Shown: positions 28,922-37,279, counted from the stretch's first letter. The stretch: 63,861 bases of DNA from an uncultured Candidatus Saccharibacteria bacterium (GCA_964414295.1 CAYPVU010000002.1:1-63861), one strand, 5' to 3'. Notes: a model not told the origin generated them from the letters alone. Translations and numbers: made by a program.

Positions 28922-29929
28922 ATGGAACAACTTTCAATAATTGCAGGGTTTACTATTTTATCTATGCTTGTTACAGCAGCTTATGCTCCTTTTTTAATAA
29001 AGCTTTTATACAGAATGCAGATTGTAGTAAGGCATACCTTAATGGGGAATAAGATGAACGAAGAATTTATGAAAATTCAGGGTCATAAATCTGGTACACC
29101 AACTTTAGGAGGTTTAATGATTTCTATTTCTGTAATGATATTAGTTTTGGTTTTTATTGAAGATTCAAGTTTAAAATGGTTGTTTTTGGTCTTTTGGGGA
29201 TTATTTACTCTTTATGGATTTATAGAAGGGATGATTGTATATGCAAGAAAACTAAGCGAAAGATTTAAGCTTATTGAGTCTAGCTTTGAGTGGAGATTAG
29301 GGAAGCTATTTTTGTTGTATCTTATTAGTTTATTTTCTGTTACAGCTACAACTTACTTTCTTAATATTACGCAAATTAATATTTTTGGCTTAAATATTGC
29401 TATTAACGTTTTTAGTGTTTTTATTGGTTCAATATTCTTTGTATTGGCCATGTATGCTATGGAAATTACAGATGGAGCCGATGGTTTAGTTACAGGTCAA
29501 TTTATAATTGCAGTCCTTTCATATTTAGTAATTAGTATTGTAAAAGGTAATAATGATTTATTGCCTATTTTGTCTATGATATTAGGAGCATGTCTTGTTT
29601 ATTTATATTTTAATATCAATCCTGCACGTGTATTTATGGGGGGGACGGGTACTTTTCCAGTTGCATTCTCTATTCTATTAGCTTCTATAATTACTAATAC
29701 TGTAGATATTTTATTAATAATTGGAATCATCTTTTGGACTGAATTAGCAACTAGTACATTACAAATTCTTTGGATAAAAATATTTAAAAAAAGATTATTT
29801 AAAATTGCACCTTTTCATCATTATTTTGAATCTATTGGGTGGCCAGAAACTAAAATGGTGCAAAGATTCTGGTTATTTTCTGCAATTTTTGCAGTAATAG
29901 CTTTATGGATATTTAGTTTAATAAAATAA
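28922..29929 (+). CDS. mraY: phospho-N-acetylmuramoyl-pentapeptide transferase
   Basis: Motifs KSGTPTLGG, ITDGADGL, FNINPARVFMG, APFHHYFE, WPETKMV. Confidence 0.92.
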   Translation: MEQLSIIAGFTILSMLVTAAYAPFLIKLLYRMQIVVRHTLMGNKMNEEFMKIQGHKSGTPTLGGLMISISVMILVLVFIEDSSLKWLFLVFWGLFTLYGFIEGMIVYARKLSERFKLIESSFEWRLGKLFLLYLISLFSVTATTYFLNITQINIFGLNIAINVFSVFIGSIFFVLAMYAMEITDGADGLVTGQFIIAVLSYLVISIVKGNNDLLPILSMILGACLVYLYFNINPARVFMGGTGTFPVAFSILLASIITNTVDILLIIGIIFWTELATSTLQILWIKIFKKRLFKIAPFHHYFESIGWPETKMVQRFWLFSAIFAVIALWIFSLIK

Positions 29930-29931
29930 TG

Positions 29932-30441
29932 TTATATCCATGTATCATCTATATGTTCTAAGAAGCTATCTTCTTTAAATATATTAAAGTGTTTATTGTA
30001 GGTTTTGAATAATTCAATTACTGTCTTATAGAAGTCATTTACAAGGTCATGATCTACTTTTGCAAATGCTTTATCTAGTCTTTCTTCTGCATCTCTGTGT
30101 ACAAATATATTTCTATACTTAATAAGCATATTTAATCTTTGATATAAATCGTCTTTTTCGTGAATTATTTCTTTAGGATGATTTTTTGATATTTTAGGCA
30201 GAATTATTATTCTATTTTTAATAGAAATTCTTTCTAAATACTCGTAGTTAATTACATAAGTATATCCAAAGTCATTAATAAAGCTTTCAAGTGCAAGTTC
30301 TATAAGTATAAGACAGTTTATTAAATAAACTTTTCTATGTTCACTTATGTATTTGGAATTATTTTTAGATGGATCTGATTTTTCGAATTGTTCTTTAGCA
30401 AGATCGATGTACTTCTTATATAACTTTTTATCTGTATTCAT
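29932..30441 (-). CDS. stand-alone HEPN-like (Rx4H) putative RNase
   Basis: All-helical 169 aa with ELALESFIN and LIKYRNIFVH (codons 30097-30114). Confidence 0.6.
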   Translation of the reverse strand: MNTDKKLYKKYIDLAKEQFEKSDPSKNNSKYISEHRKVYLINCLILIELALESFINDFGYTYVINYEYLERISIKNRIIILPKISKNHPKEIIHEKDDLYQRLNMLIKYRNIFVHRDAEERLDKAFAKVDHDLVNDFYKTVIELFKTYNKHFNIFKEDSFLEHIDDTWI

Positions 30442-30493
30442 TAATTAAGAAAATATATTATCTCTTAATTATACTCTACTCCTTAAAAATGCG

Positions 30494-30517
30494 AAAAGGC
30501 GGACCTACGGTCCGCCT
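30494..30517 (-). terminator. minus-strand intrinsic terminator
   Basis: Minus strand reads AGGCGGACC-GTA-GGTCCGCCT followed by TTT. Confidence 0.8.
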
Positions 30518-31565
30518 CAGTAATCTCGTCAAAGTACCATGGGTATGCTGGAATAATAGGGTCCAGCCTTTGACGAGTATAATACCCTTTCTCGAACCAA
30601 TATTTGTTCGAGGCGAGTTTATCGGTTTCTCGCTCCGTCAATTTAGTCAACGCCAATACATTAGGGCGTTGACGAGCATTTAAATGCTACAAATTAAAAA
30701 CAATTATTTCTAATTTGCAAAATTTAAATTGTTTCCTCCGGCAACTTTTATAATGTTGCCGGAGGTTCTAGTACCAATAAGGCACTAATTCTTAAGAACT
30801 TTTTATCCCCCATGGTTGCCCAGAGGGAGCTCTTGCTGCCGTCACTAAGGACGGCTTAAGAAAACAGTATTCTCTTAAGTCGTCTTTAGATAATTGTTAA
30901 AGTGATCGGTGGTTCGGGCAATGCCCGAACCACCTTTTGTCTCGACCAGGTTTATCAAAAAGTCCTCCCGGCTAATGCCGGATCCGCCGTGCAGCAGGAA
31001 TGGGACGCGGCGATGTGCCGTCCCTCAGCGCGGTTGCCCGCTGCCATGACCCGCGGCGATTGCCGGGAGGAGGGATTTTGGCTCCCTTTAGCTAAAAGCT
31101 ATTGGGAGCTAACCTATTCGAAAATCTAACATCGCTTGCTCCTTTCGTAAGCATTTTTCGCGATGTCCAATAAAATGTGCTAGGGACGCGCCAGTGACCA
31201 TTAGGTCCGCCCAGGTCCCTGCGAGCACTTTAAAAAACATTTAGTATTTTCTTAAAGTGCCCCACATTTCTATTTTCTTTTTAAAGTGCAGTGGGGGGAT
31301 TTGGCTCCTCTCCCCAGCTTTTTCAGAGGGTCCAATAAATAAGGTTGGTAAAAGCCTTACGGCTTATCCCGCGGCATGTTCGACATGCTTACTCCTTTTT
31401 AATAAAGGCCCAATATTCCGTCCCTACGGTTCGCGTTTCGTGGACGGGACTCTTGCCTCTAGAGAATTCTCTCCTTTCCGCTCTCGCGTAAAGAGGTTTG
31501 AGTCATTTAAAAAGAATAACCTTCTTAAATGACCCCTCTAGATACTATTGCTTATAAATGAACTA
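30494..31565 (-). ncRNA. candidate large structured non-coding RNA (or two or three tandem RNAs) of unrecognised class
   Basis: GC-rich, no credible long ORF, more than 10 perfect stems, GNRA loops on the minus strand, consensus promoter upstream and terminator downstream. Confidence 0.6.
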
Positions 31566-31570
31566 TATCT

Positions 31571-31599
31571 ATTATATAATATCTCTTTTGCTGTGTCAA
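31571..31599 (-). promoter_or_regulatory. perfect sigma70 consensus promoter
   Basis: Minus strand TTGACA (31599-31594), 17-nt spacer, TATAAT (31576-31571). Confidence 0.85.
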
Positions 31600-31608
31600 C
31601 TGTTTCGG

Positions 31609-31645
31609 GTAACAGAAGAAAAGTTATATTTCTTCTGTTACTTTT
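31609..31645 (+). terminator. 13-bp hairpin with plus-strand T-tract
   Basis: GTAACAGAAGAAA-AGTTATA-TTTCTTCTGTTAC-TTTT. Confidence 0.6.
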
Positions 31646-31779
31646 GTTGGTAAGTAAGGTAATAAGATATTGTGTTTTGTAACCTTATACCTATATTTGA
31701 CCTTACCTGTTGGTCTTTGTCTCTTGCTATAAAAGCTAATAATGCCCATAGACAAGATTACGGCAACTATTTCGTGCAT
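31624..31779 (-). CDS. unlisted 51-aa small protein (hydrophobic N-terminus, basic tail)
   Basis: Hand translation MHEIVAVILSMGIISFYSKRQRPTGKVKYRYKVTKHNILLPYLPTKVTEEI; consensus promoter upstream. Confidence 0.45.
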   Translation of the reverse strand: MHEIVAVILSMGIISFYSKRQRPTGKVKYRYKVTKHNILLPYLPTKVTEEI

Positions 31780-31848
31780 ATATATAACTTAATAACTATT
31801 CTATGGACTGTGCACGTTTTATACTAAGTATTTTGTCCATACGCGCGA

Positions 31849-31876
31849 ATTATATAACGAGATAGGTATCTGTCAA
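31849..31876 (-). promoter_or_regulatory. sigma70 consensus promoter
   Basis: Minus strand TTGACA (31876-31871), 16-nt spacer, TATAAT (31854-31849). Confidence 0.75.
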
Positions 31877-31971
31877 TACTTTTAAATAACTTGACTTTAT
31901 TTTCTTCCTATGAATGTAATAGAAGCTGCCTACATTGCCTGTTATAATTACAGCGTTTATTAATCAAAACC

Positions 31972-33909
31972 ATGTCAAATAATCAAAATATTAGAAACTT
32001 TTGCATAATTGCCCATATTGATCACGGTAAATCTACATTAGCAGATAGACTTATTGAATTTACTGGTGCAGTATCCTCAAGAGAAATGAAGGATAGAATG
32101 TTAGATACTTTAGAATTAGAGCAAGAAAGAGGTATAACAATAAAACTGCAGACTGCAAGACTAAAGTATAAGTATACTAAGGATAATGCCGAAAAGGGGG
32201 ATTATATTTTAAATTTAATTGATACTCCCGGGCACGTAGATTTTAGTTACGAGGTATCTAGATCTGTAGCTGCCAGTGAAGGATGTTTGTTGCTAGTGGA
32301 TGCAACTCAAGGGGTACAAGCTCAAACTTTAACTACTGTTTATAAAGCTATGGAATATGATTTAAAAATCATTCCTGTAATTAATAAAATTGATATGGAT
32401 ATTGCTGAGGTTGAAAGAACTAAGCAGGAGATGATCGAAACTTTTGGATTTAGTGAGGATGAAATTATAATGGCATCAGGTAAATCTGGAATAGGTGTTG
32501 AAGAAATTTTAGATGCAATTGTAGAAAGAATTCCGCCTTATAAAAAAGACAATACAAAGATTCTTGCAGAAGATGATGAGCTAGCAATTCTTAATGGCGA
32601 AGACATTACAGCAACAAAAGCCTTAATATTTGATGCTTTTTTTCATGAATATAAAGGTGTAACAGCTTTAGTAAAAGTAATTAGTGGGGAAATCAAAAAG
32701 GGACAAAAGATTTACTTTATTGGGACTCAAACAGATGTTCAACCAATTGAAATAGGTTACTTATTGCCTAGAATGACTGAAGGAACCTCTATAAAAGAAG
32801 GTGAAGTAGGTTACATTGCTACGGGGTTAAAAGATATTCACAAAGTACATTCAGGAGATACAATTACACTATTCCACTCTAATCAGGATCATATAAAAAT
32901 TGAACCTCTTAAAGGGTATAGACAGCCAAAGCCAATGGTATATGCTAGTTTGTATCCCGTAGAAGCAAGTGATTATGAAAATTTTAAAGAAGCTTTAGAA
33001 AAGTTGTCTTTAAATGATGCGGCTTTAACCTATCAAAAAGAATATTCCCAGGCTTTAGGTACAGGATTTGTTTGTGGATTTTTAGGATTGCTACATTTAG
33101 AAATTACACAAGATAGATTAGAAAGAGAACATAATATCGATTTAATAAGTACTACACCAACTGTAGAATTTAGAGTGCTTTTATCTACTAAGGATTACTC
33201 AAAAGTTCCAAATATTAATGTTTCTAATATAGATACTGATACTAATATTGCAACAATTAGAACTGCAGCTGAATTCCCAGACGGAAGCTTATACGATGAA
33301 GTATATGAGCCCTGGGTAAAGCTCGATATTATTACTCCAGAAGAATACATCGGTCCTATAATGGAGCTTTGTCAAAATAGAAGAGGTATTTATAAGCACA
33401 TGAACTTTTTGAATAAATCCGGCAATAAAAATCATGCAATGATTGAATATGAAATGCCTACAGTAGAAATTATTGTAAACTTTTTTGATAAATTAAAATC
33501 AATTAGTCATGGATATGCTTCCATGGACTATTCTTTACTAGAATATAGAAAGGGCGATATTGTAAAGGTTGCAATATTAGTGAATGGAGAATCTGCTGAG
33601 TCTCTGAGCTTTTTAACTCATAGAAATAATGCAGAAAGAAGAGGAAGGGAAATGGCAGCTAAACTTAAAGAATTGATTCCAAGGCAGCAATTTAGAGTTC
33701 CTATACAGGCAGCAATTGGAGGGCAAGTTATTGCAAGAGAAACTATTGATGCTTTTAGAAAAGATGTTTTAGCAAAGCTTTATGGAGGTGACGTTACAAG
33801 AAAGCTGAAATTATTAGAAAAGCAAAAGAAAGGTAAAAAGAAAATGAAGGCTATTGGGAGCGTCGAAATTCCAAAAGAAGCATTTATGGCTGCATTAAAA
33901 ATAGACTGA
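31972..33909 (+). CDS. lepA: translation elongation factor 4
   Basis: Motifs IAHIDHGKSTLADR, DTPGHVDF, GFLGLLHLE, KLYGGDVTRK. Confidence 0.98.
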   Translation: MSNNQNIRNFCIIAHIDHGKSTLADRLIEFTGAVSSREMKDRMLDTLELEQERGITIKLQTARLKYKYTKDNAEKGDYILNLIDTPGHVDFSYEVSRSVAASEGCLLLVDATQGVQAQTLTTVYKAMEYDLKIIPVINKIDMDIAEVERTKQEMIETFGFSEDEIIMASGKSGIGVEEILDAIVERIPPYKKDNTKILAEDDELAILNGEDITATKALIFDAFFHEYKGVTALVKVISGEIKKGQKIYFIGTQTDVQPIEIGYLLPRMTEGTSIKEGEVGYIATGLKDIHKVHSGDTITLFHSNQDHIKIEPLKGYRQPKPMVYASLYPVEASDYENFKEALEKLSLNDAALTYQKEYSQALGTGFVCGFLGLLHLEITQDRLEREHNIDLISTTPTVEFRVLLSTKDYSKVPNINVSNIDTDTNIATIRTAAEFPDGSLYDEVYEPWVKLDIITPEEYIGPIMELCQNRRGIYKHMNFLNKSGNKNHAMIEYEMPTVEIIVNFFDKLKSISHGYASMDYSLLEYRKGDIVKVAILVNGESAESLSFLTHRNNAERRGREMAAKLKELIPRQQFRVPIQAAIGGQVIARETIDAFRKDVLAKLYGGDVTRKLKLLEKQKKGKKKMKAIGSVEIPKEAFMAALKID

Positions 33910-33921
33910 TAGAAAAAGTTA

Positions 33922-33951
33922 GAGGCGGTCTGCACAAAGTGCAGCCGCCTC
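33922..33951. terminator. hairpin terminator between lepA and the orphan cluster
   Basis: GAGGCGG(T)CTGCAC-AAA-GTGCAGCCGCCTC. Confidence 0.75.
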
Positions 33952-33955
33952 GTTG

Positions 33956-34384
33956 TTATGGATTGATGCAGAGAAAATCTCCATCTCTTGTCCATCCAGC
34001 CTGCTGAGCAGGAGGTACGCCTTCTGCTGTCACGCAGAGAGTGTCATCCACCCCAACTGGAATGGTCTGACCACCCACCTGCAATGTAGCAGACGATCCG
34101 TTCACAGTGAAGGTGAATCCCGTAGGATCCGCCATCCACCGATCCCTTGTCCCATTCTGGTGGCGAACCTGTACGTCCACCCGCCCAACAGGCGGAATGT
34201 CCGTTCCCGGAATGTTTGTGGGCATTATCTGTCTACCCGTCCCCATATCTGTGCCTCTGCGAAGCGAGATGGCAGTCGATGCGATGAGAACCAGTACCAA
34301 CAGAATCACCCCGATGATGAGCAGTCGCCGGCAACCCCGACGCCAGCTCTTTTTCTTAGTGCTAGTCTGAGCCATTTCTGACAT
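33956..34384 (-). CDS. GC-rich small membrane-anchored protein with two Cys
   Basis: Basic N-terminus, long hydrophobic helix, beta-rich ectodomain; SD-like GAGAGG. Confidence 0.7.
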   Translation of the reverse strand: MSEMAQTSTKKKSWRRGCRRLLIIGVILLVLVLIASTAISLRRGTDMGTGRQIMPTNIPGTDIPPVGRVDVQVRHQNGTRDRWMADPTGFTFTVNGSSATLQVGGQTIPVGVDDTLCVTAEGVPPAQQAGWTRDGDFLCINP

Positions 34385-34447
34385 CCTCTCTGTTGTCCAA
34401 GACTAATAACATTACAACATATATAGCAGTTATATTTTTAGATATGT

Positions 34448-34477
34448 AAAAGGGGACGCCTAACGGCGTCCCCTTTT
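34448..34477. terminator. intrinsic terminator
   Basis: AAAAGGGGACGCC-TAAC-GGCGTCCCCTTTT. Confidence 0.85.
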
Positions 34478-34478
34478 G

Positions 34479-34802
34479 TTAAGGAGTGAAGGAGTCTGCT
34501 CTGAAGCACCCGTTTTCGGGGTTCTCCTCGTCCAGCTCTGCTCTCGCATGTAGCTGGTAGTATACCCTGTTTAGCGGGACGCACACCTCGTCTTCGCCGC
34601 TTAAGCGAAGCTCGAAGTTTGTGCCGGCTGTTACGCGCAGCACGGTGTAATCCGCCGCTTGGTCAAACTCCACCAGTTCACCTTCTTCCAGCACCACTTG
34701 GTACTGGTAAGTAATTCCGCTTTGATAGTGAACTGAGAGTGTAACCTCAGGTGTTTGCACACCTCCAAACAGGGCAATTAAAAACAGCAGCCATTCGAAC
34801 AC
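34479..34802 (-). CDS. small secreted or anchored protein with two Cys (start reassigned to the GTG at 34802)
   Basis: AGGAGG SD 6 nt before the in-frame GTG; hydrophobic N-terminus. Confidence 0.7.
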   Translation of the reverse strand: MFEWLLFLIALFGGVQTPEVTLSVHYQSGITYQYQVVLEEGELVEFDQAADYTVLRVTAGTNFELRLSGEDEVCVPLNRVYYQLHARAELDEENPENGCFRADSFTP

Positions 34803-34888
34803 TTCGATTCCTCCTACTAAAAATAGCAATAAAATTATTATCTTATATACTGATTATATTCAATAGGGCGCCATTGGCGCCTTACTTT

Positions 34889-35239
34889 CTAGAAGTCTTC
34901 TACACTGTATCCTTCGTTAAGAAGACTTCCAATGCAGATTCTTTGATCAGGATCTAGTCCAATACTTCTATATTCTTCAAAGAATACCTCTAAACCTAAG
35001 GTACTATACAAACATAGCAATTCCCTTGGTTCTAATTCAAAGGTAAGTCTCTGTTGAATCCAGGTAATTTTACTGTAGTCAGCGTTAACCGAAAATGACG
35101 GTTCGCTATCTAAAGTAAATTCCTGTTTATAGATCCCTTCAATTTGTACCATTAATGATGAGGTAGGTCTTGCGGCGAATGCAAAGCCAATTACAGCAAT
35201 GATTATGATTGCTGCAAGTGCAATTACATATACTTTCAC
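34889..35239 (-). CDS. small secreted or anchored protein with two Cys
   Basis: TATAAT and AAGGAG SD upstream of the GTG; signal/TM N-terminus. Confidence 0.7.
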   Translation of the reverse strand: MKVYVIALAAIIIIAVIGFAFAARPTSSLMVQIEGIYKQEFTLDSEPSFSVNADYSKITWIQQRLTFELEPRELLCLYSTLGLEVFFEEYRSIGLDPDQRICIGSLLNEGYSVEDF

Positions 35240-35322
35240 GATGTCTCTCCTTCTTGGTAACTATATTATACCAAACTCCTATAAGTTAATAAATTTGATA
35301 TAATCTGTAGTTAAATCGTTTT

Positions 35323-36432
35323 ATGACTTTACTAGAAAATATAAATACAATTAAAGAGCGTATTGATGCAATTGTGGCTAAAAAGAATCTTAGCAAGCTC
35401 ATGTCAGAAAGGGATGAATTAGCCTCTAAAACTATGACTGATGGATTTTGGAGTAATAATGATGAAGCTCAAAAAACTATGCAGAAGTTAGGTGGGCTTA
35501 ATGAAGAGATTGCAGATGTAAACAACCTTGTAAAAGGTATTGAAGATATTCAGGAGCTTGCAGAAGACGATTCTGTAGCTTCAATAAAAGATCAGTCAGA
35601 AGAAGATACAAATGAAATCGCTCAAATGATTAGAGCTGGTTTAGGAGAGTTAGAGATGAAGGTAGAGGAAGTTGAACTTACTACTTTTTTAAGCGGTAAA
35701 TTTGATACTAATAATGCTATTGTTAAGATAATCGCTGGGCAGGGCGGTACAGAGGCATGTGATTGGGCTAGTATGGTTTTAAGAATGTATACCAGGTATG
35801 CTAATTCTAAAGGTTGGAACGTTTTAATTTTAGATAAGGTAGATGGTAATGAAGCTGGTATTGCAAGTGCAGAGCTTTTAATAGAGGGCAGATATGCATA
35901 TGGTTACTTAAAGCATGAGCATGGCACTCATAGATTGGTTAGAAATTCTCCATTTAATGCGCAGGGGTTAAGACAAACTTCTTTTGTAGGAGTTGAAGTA
36001 TTGCCAGAAGTAAATGAAGATATTGATATCGAAGTAAAAGACGAAGATTTAGAATTTAGTGCAGTAAGAAGTGGTGGTGCAGGAGGTCAGAATGTAAATA
36101 AAGTAGCTTCAAAAGTTAGAATTGTCCATAAACCTACAGGGATAGTAGTTGAATCTTCCAGTCAAAGAACGCAGCATGCCAATAGAGAGACAGCAATGAG
36201 ATTGTTGAAAGCAAGGTTGTACGAAATTGAAGAAGATAAGCAAAAAGCAGAAATGGCAAAGGCAAAAGGGGAGTATAAGATTGCAGGTTGGGGTAATCAA
36301 ATTAGAAACTATGTTTTACAACCATATAAATTGGTCAAGGACGTTAGAACGGAAGTAGAAACTCCTAATTCCGATGGTGTCCTTGACGGAGATATTCAGA
36401 TGTTTATTGATGCAGAAATAAGAATGCTTTAA
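35323..36432 (+). CDS. prfB: peptide chain release factor 2 (no programmed frameshift evident)
   Basis: SPF anticodon-mimic (RNSPFN) and GGQ motif; continuous ORF from the ATG. Confidence 0.95.
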   Translation: MTLLENINTIKERIDAIVAKKNLSKLMSERDELASKTMTDGFWSNNDEAQKTMQKLGGLNEEIADVNNLVKGIEDIQELAEDDSVASIKDQSEEDTNEIAQMIRAGLGELEMKVEEVELTTFLSGKFDTNNAIVKIIAGQGGTEACDWASMVLRMYTRYANSKGWNVLILDKVDGNEAGIASAELLIEGRYAYGYLKHEHGTHRLVRNSPFNAQGLRQTSFVGVEVLPEVNEDIDIEVKDEDLEFSAVRSGGAGGQNVNKVASKVRIVHKPTGIVVESSSQRTQHANRETAMRLLKARLYEIEEDKQKAEMAKAKGEYKIAGWGNQIRNYVLQPYKLVKDVRTEVETPNSDGVLDGDIQMFIDAEIRML

Positions 36433-36606
36433 TTATTCTTCGTCATCTAATAAATCCTCATCCTCAGAGTCTAGTTCATCTAAGATAGATTCATCAAATC
36501 CTAAGTCGTCGCTATCATTTAAATAAGAGTCACCTTCATTTTGGGACATTAAGGAAGATACTCCATTTTCTAATTCAACGGGATTTGGGGTTTGTTCGTT
36601 GCTCAT
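36433..36606 (-). CDS. unlisted 57-aa hyper-acidic peptide
   Basis: Hand translation MSNEQTPNPVELENGVSSLMSQNEGDSYLNDSDDLGFDESILDELDSEDEDLLDDEE; starts 8 nt after the response-regulator stop and fills the gap to prfB. Confidence 0.7.
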   Translation of the reverse strand: MSNEQTPNPVELENGVSSLMSQNEGDSYLNDSDDLGFDESILDELDSEDEDLLDDEE

Positions 36607-36614
36607 ACTTTATA

Positions 36615-37067
36615 TTAATAAATATCTACTAAAATAGAACTATTTGTAACTTGGGTATTATATAAAACATTTTCTACTATTTCTATAAGATCATTTACAT
36701 CGGTATCTGCTTTTGCTGCGTAAGCGTGAGCACCTAATCCCATTAATTGTTTTATTACTAGATCTCCTCCCATATTACTTATTATTACTATTTTAGGTTT
36801 GCTTTCCGGTAGATTTTTAAAATGTTGTAATGTTTCAAATCCATCCATTCCAGGCATAAATACATCTAATAAAATAAGGTCGTAGTTATTTGTATTAACT
36901 TTATCTACGCACTCTTTTCCATTGGAGGCATAATCAATAACTACATCAAAAGACCTAAGAATTATTTCTCCAAACAATTCTCGTGCTTCGGGTTCGTCGT
37001 CTACAATTAAAATCTTATTAAATAGTGAGGTGCTATTATTGGTTGACAAAGAAGCCATGTTGGACAT
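36615..37067 (-). CDS. stand-alone response regulator receiver domain (CheY-like)
   Basis: ILIVDDE, LILLDVFMPGMDG (phospho-Asp), IISN, conserved Lys. Confidence 0.9.
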   Translation of the reverse strand: MSNMASLSTNNSTSLFNKILIVDDEPEARELFGEIILRSFDVVIDYASNGKECVDKVNTNNYDLILLDVFMPGMDGFETLQHFKNLPESKPKIVIISNMGGDLVIKQLMGLGAHAYAAKADTDVNDLIEIVENVLYNTQVTNSSILVDIY

Positions 37068-37279
37068 AGAGGAAGTCTAAAAACTTATACCTGAATTATA
37101 TTTGAGAATCTTGATGTTGTCAAATATAATTGGAATTGCCCCACTGGGTCTTATTAATTCCTTATCAATATTATCAGAAGATTTATTTAAGTTAAATAAT
37201 TAAATTAAAGTCTTTTAAAGTAACATTATGGTCTTATATCTATATATGTCTTATAATTACGGAGTTTAAATTAAAACTT

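Noticed and set aside
30489-31532. ORF-track calls 30489-30683, 30902-31129 and 31257-31532
   Set aside because: Short, no recognisable motifs or start signals, atypical composition, and they lie across dense hairpins; better explained as by-products of a structured non-coding region.
30494-31565. Identity of the structured island as RNase P RNA, tmRNA, SRP RNA or a group I/II intron
   Set aside because: No GAGGAAAGUC/ACAnAAnnnnGCUUA pair, no tRNA-like acceptor or T-arm ends, no SRP domain IV motif, and no GUGCG 5' end or domain V found by eye. A covariance-model search is still needed.
31796-31840. 14-aa leaderless ORF MDKILSIKRAQSIE right after the 31849-31876 promoter
   Set aside because: Too short to support as a gene, and it overlaps an inverted repeat; treated as part of the leader of the 51-aa ORF.
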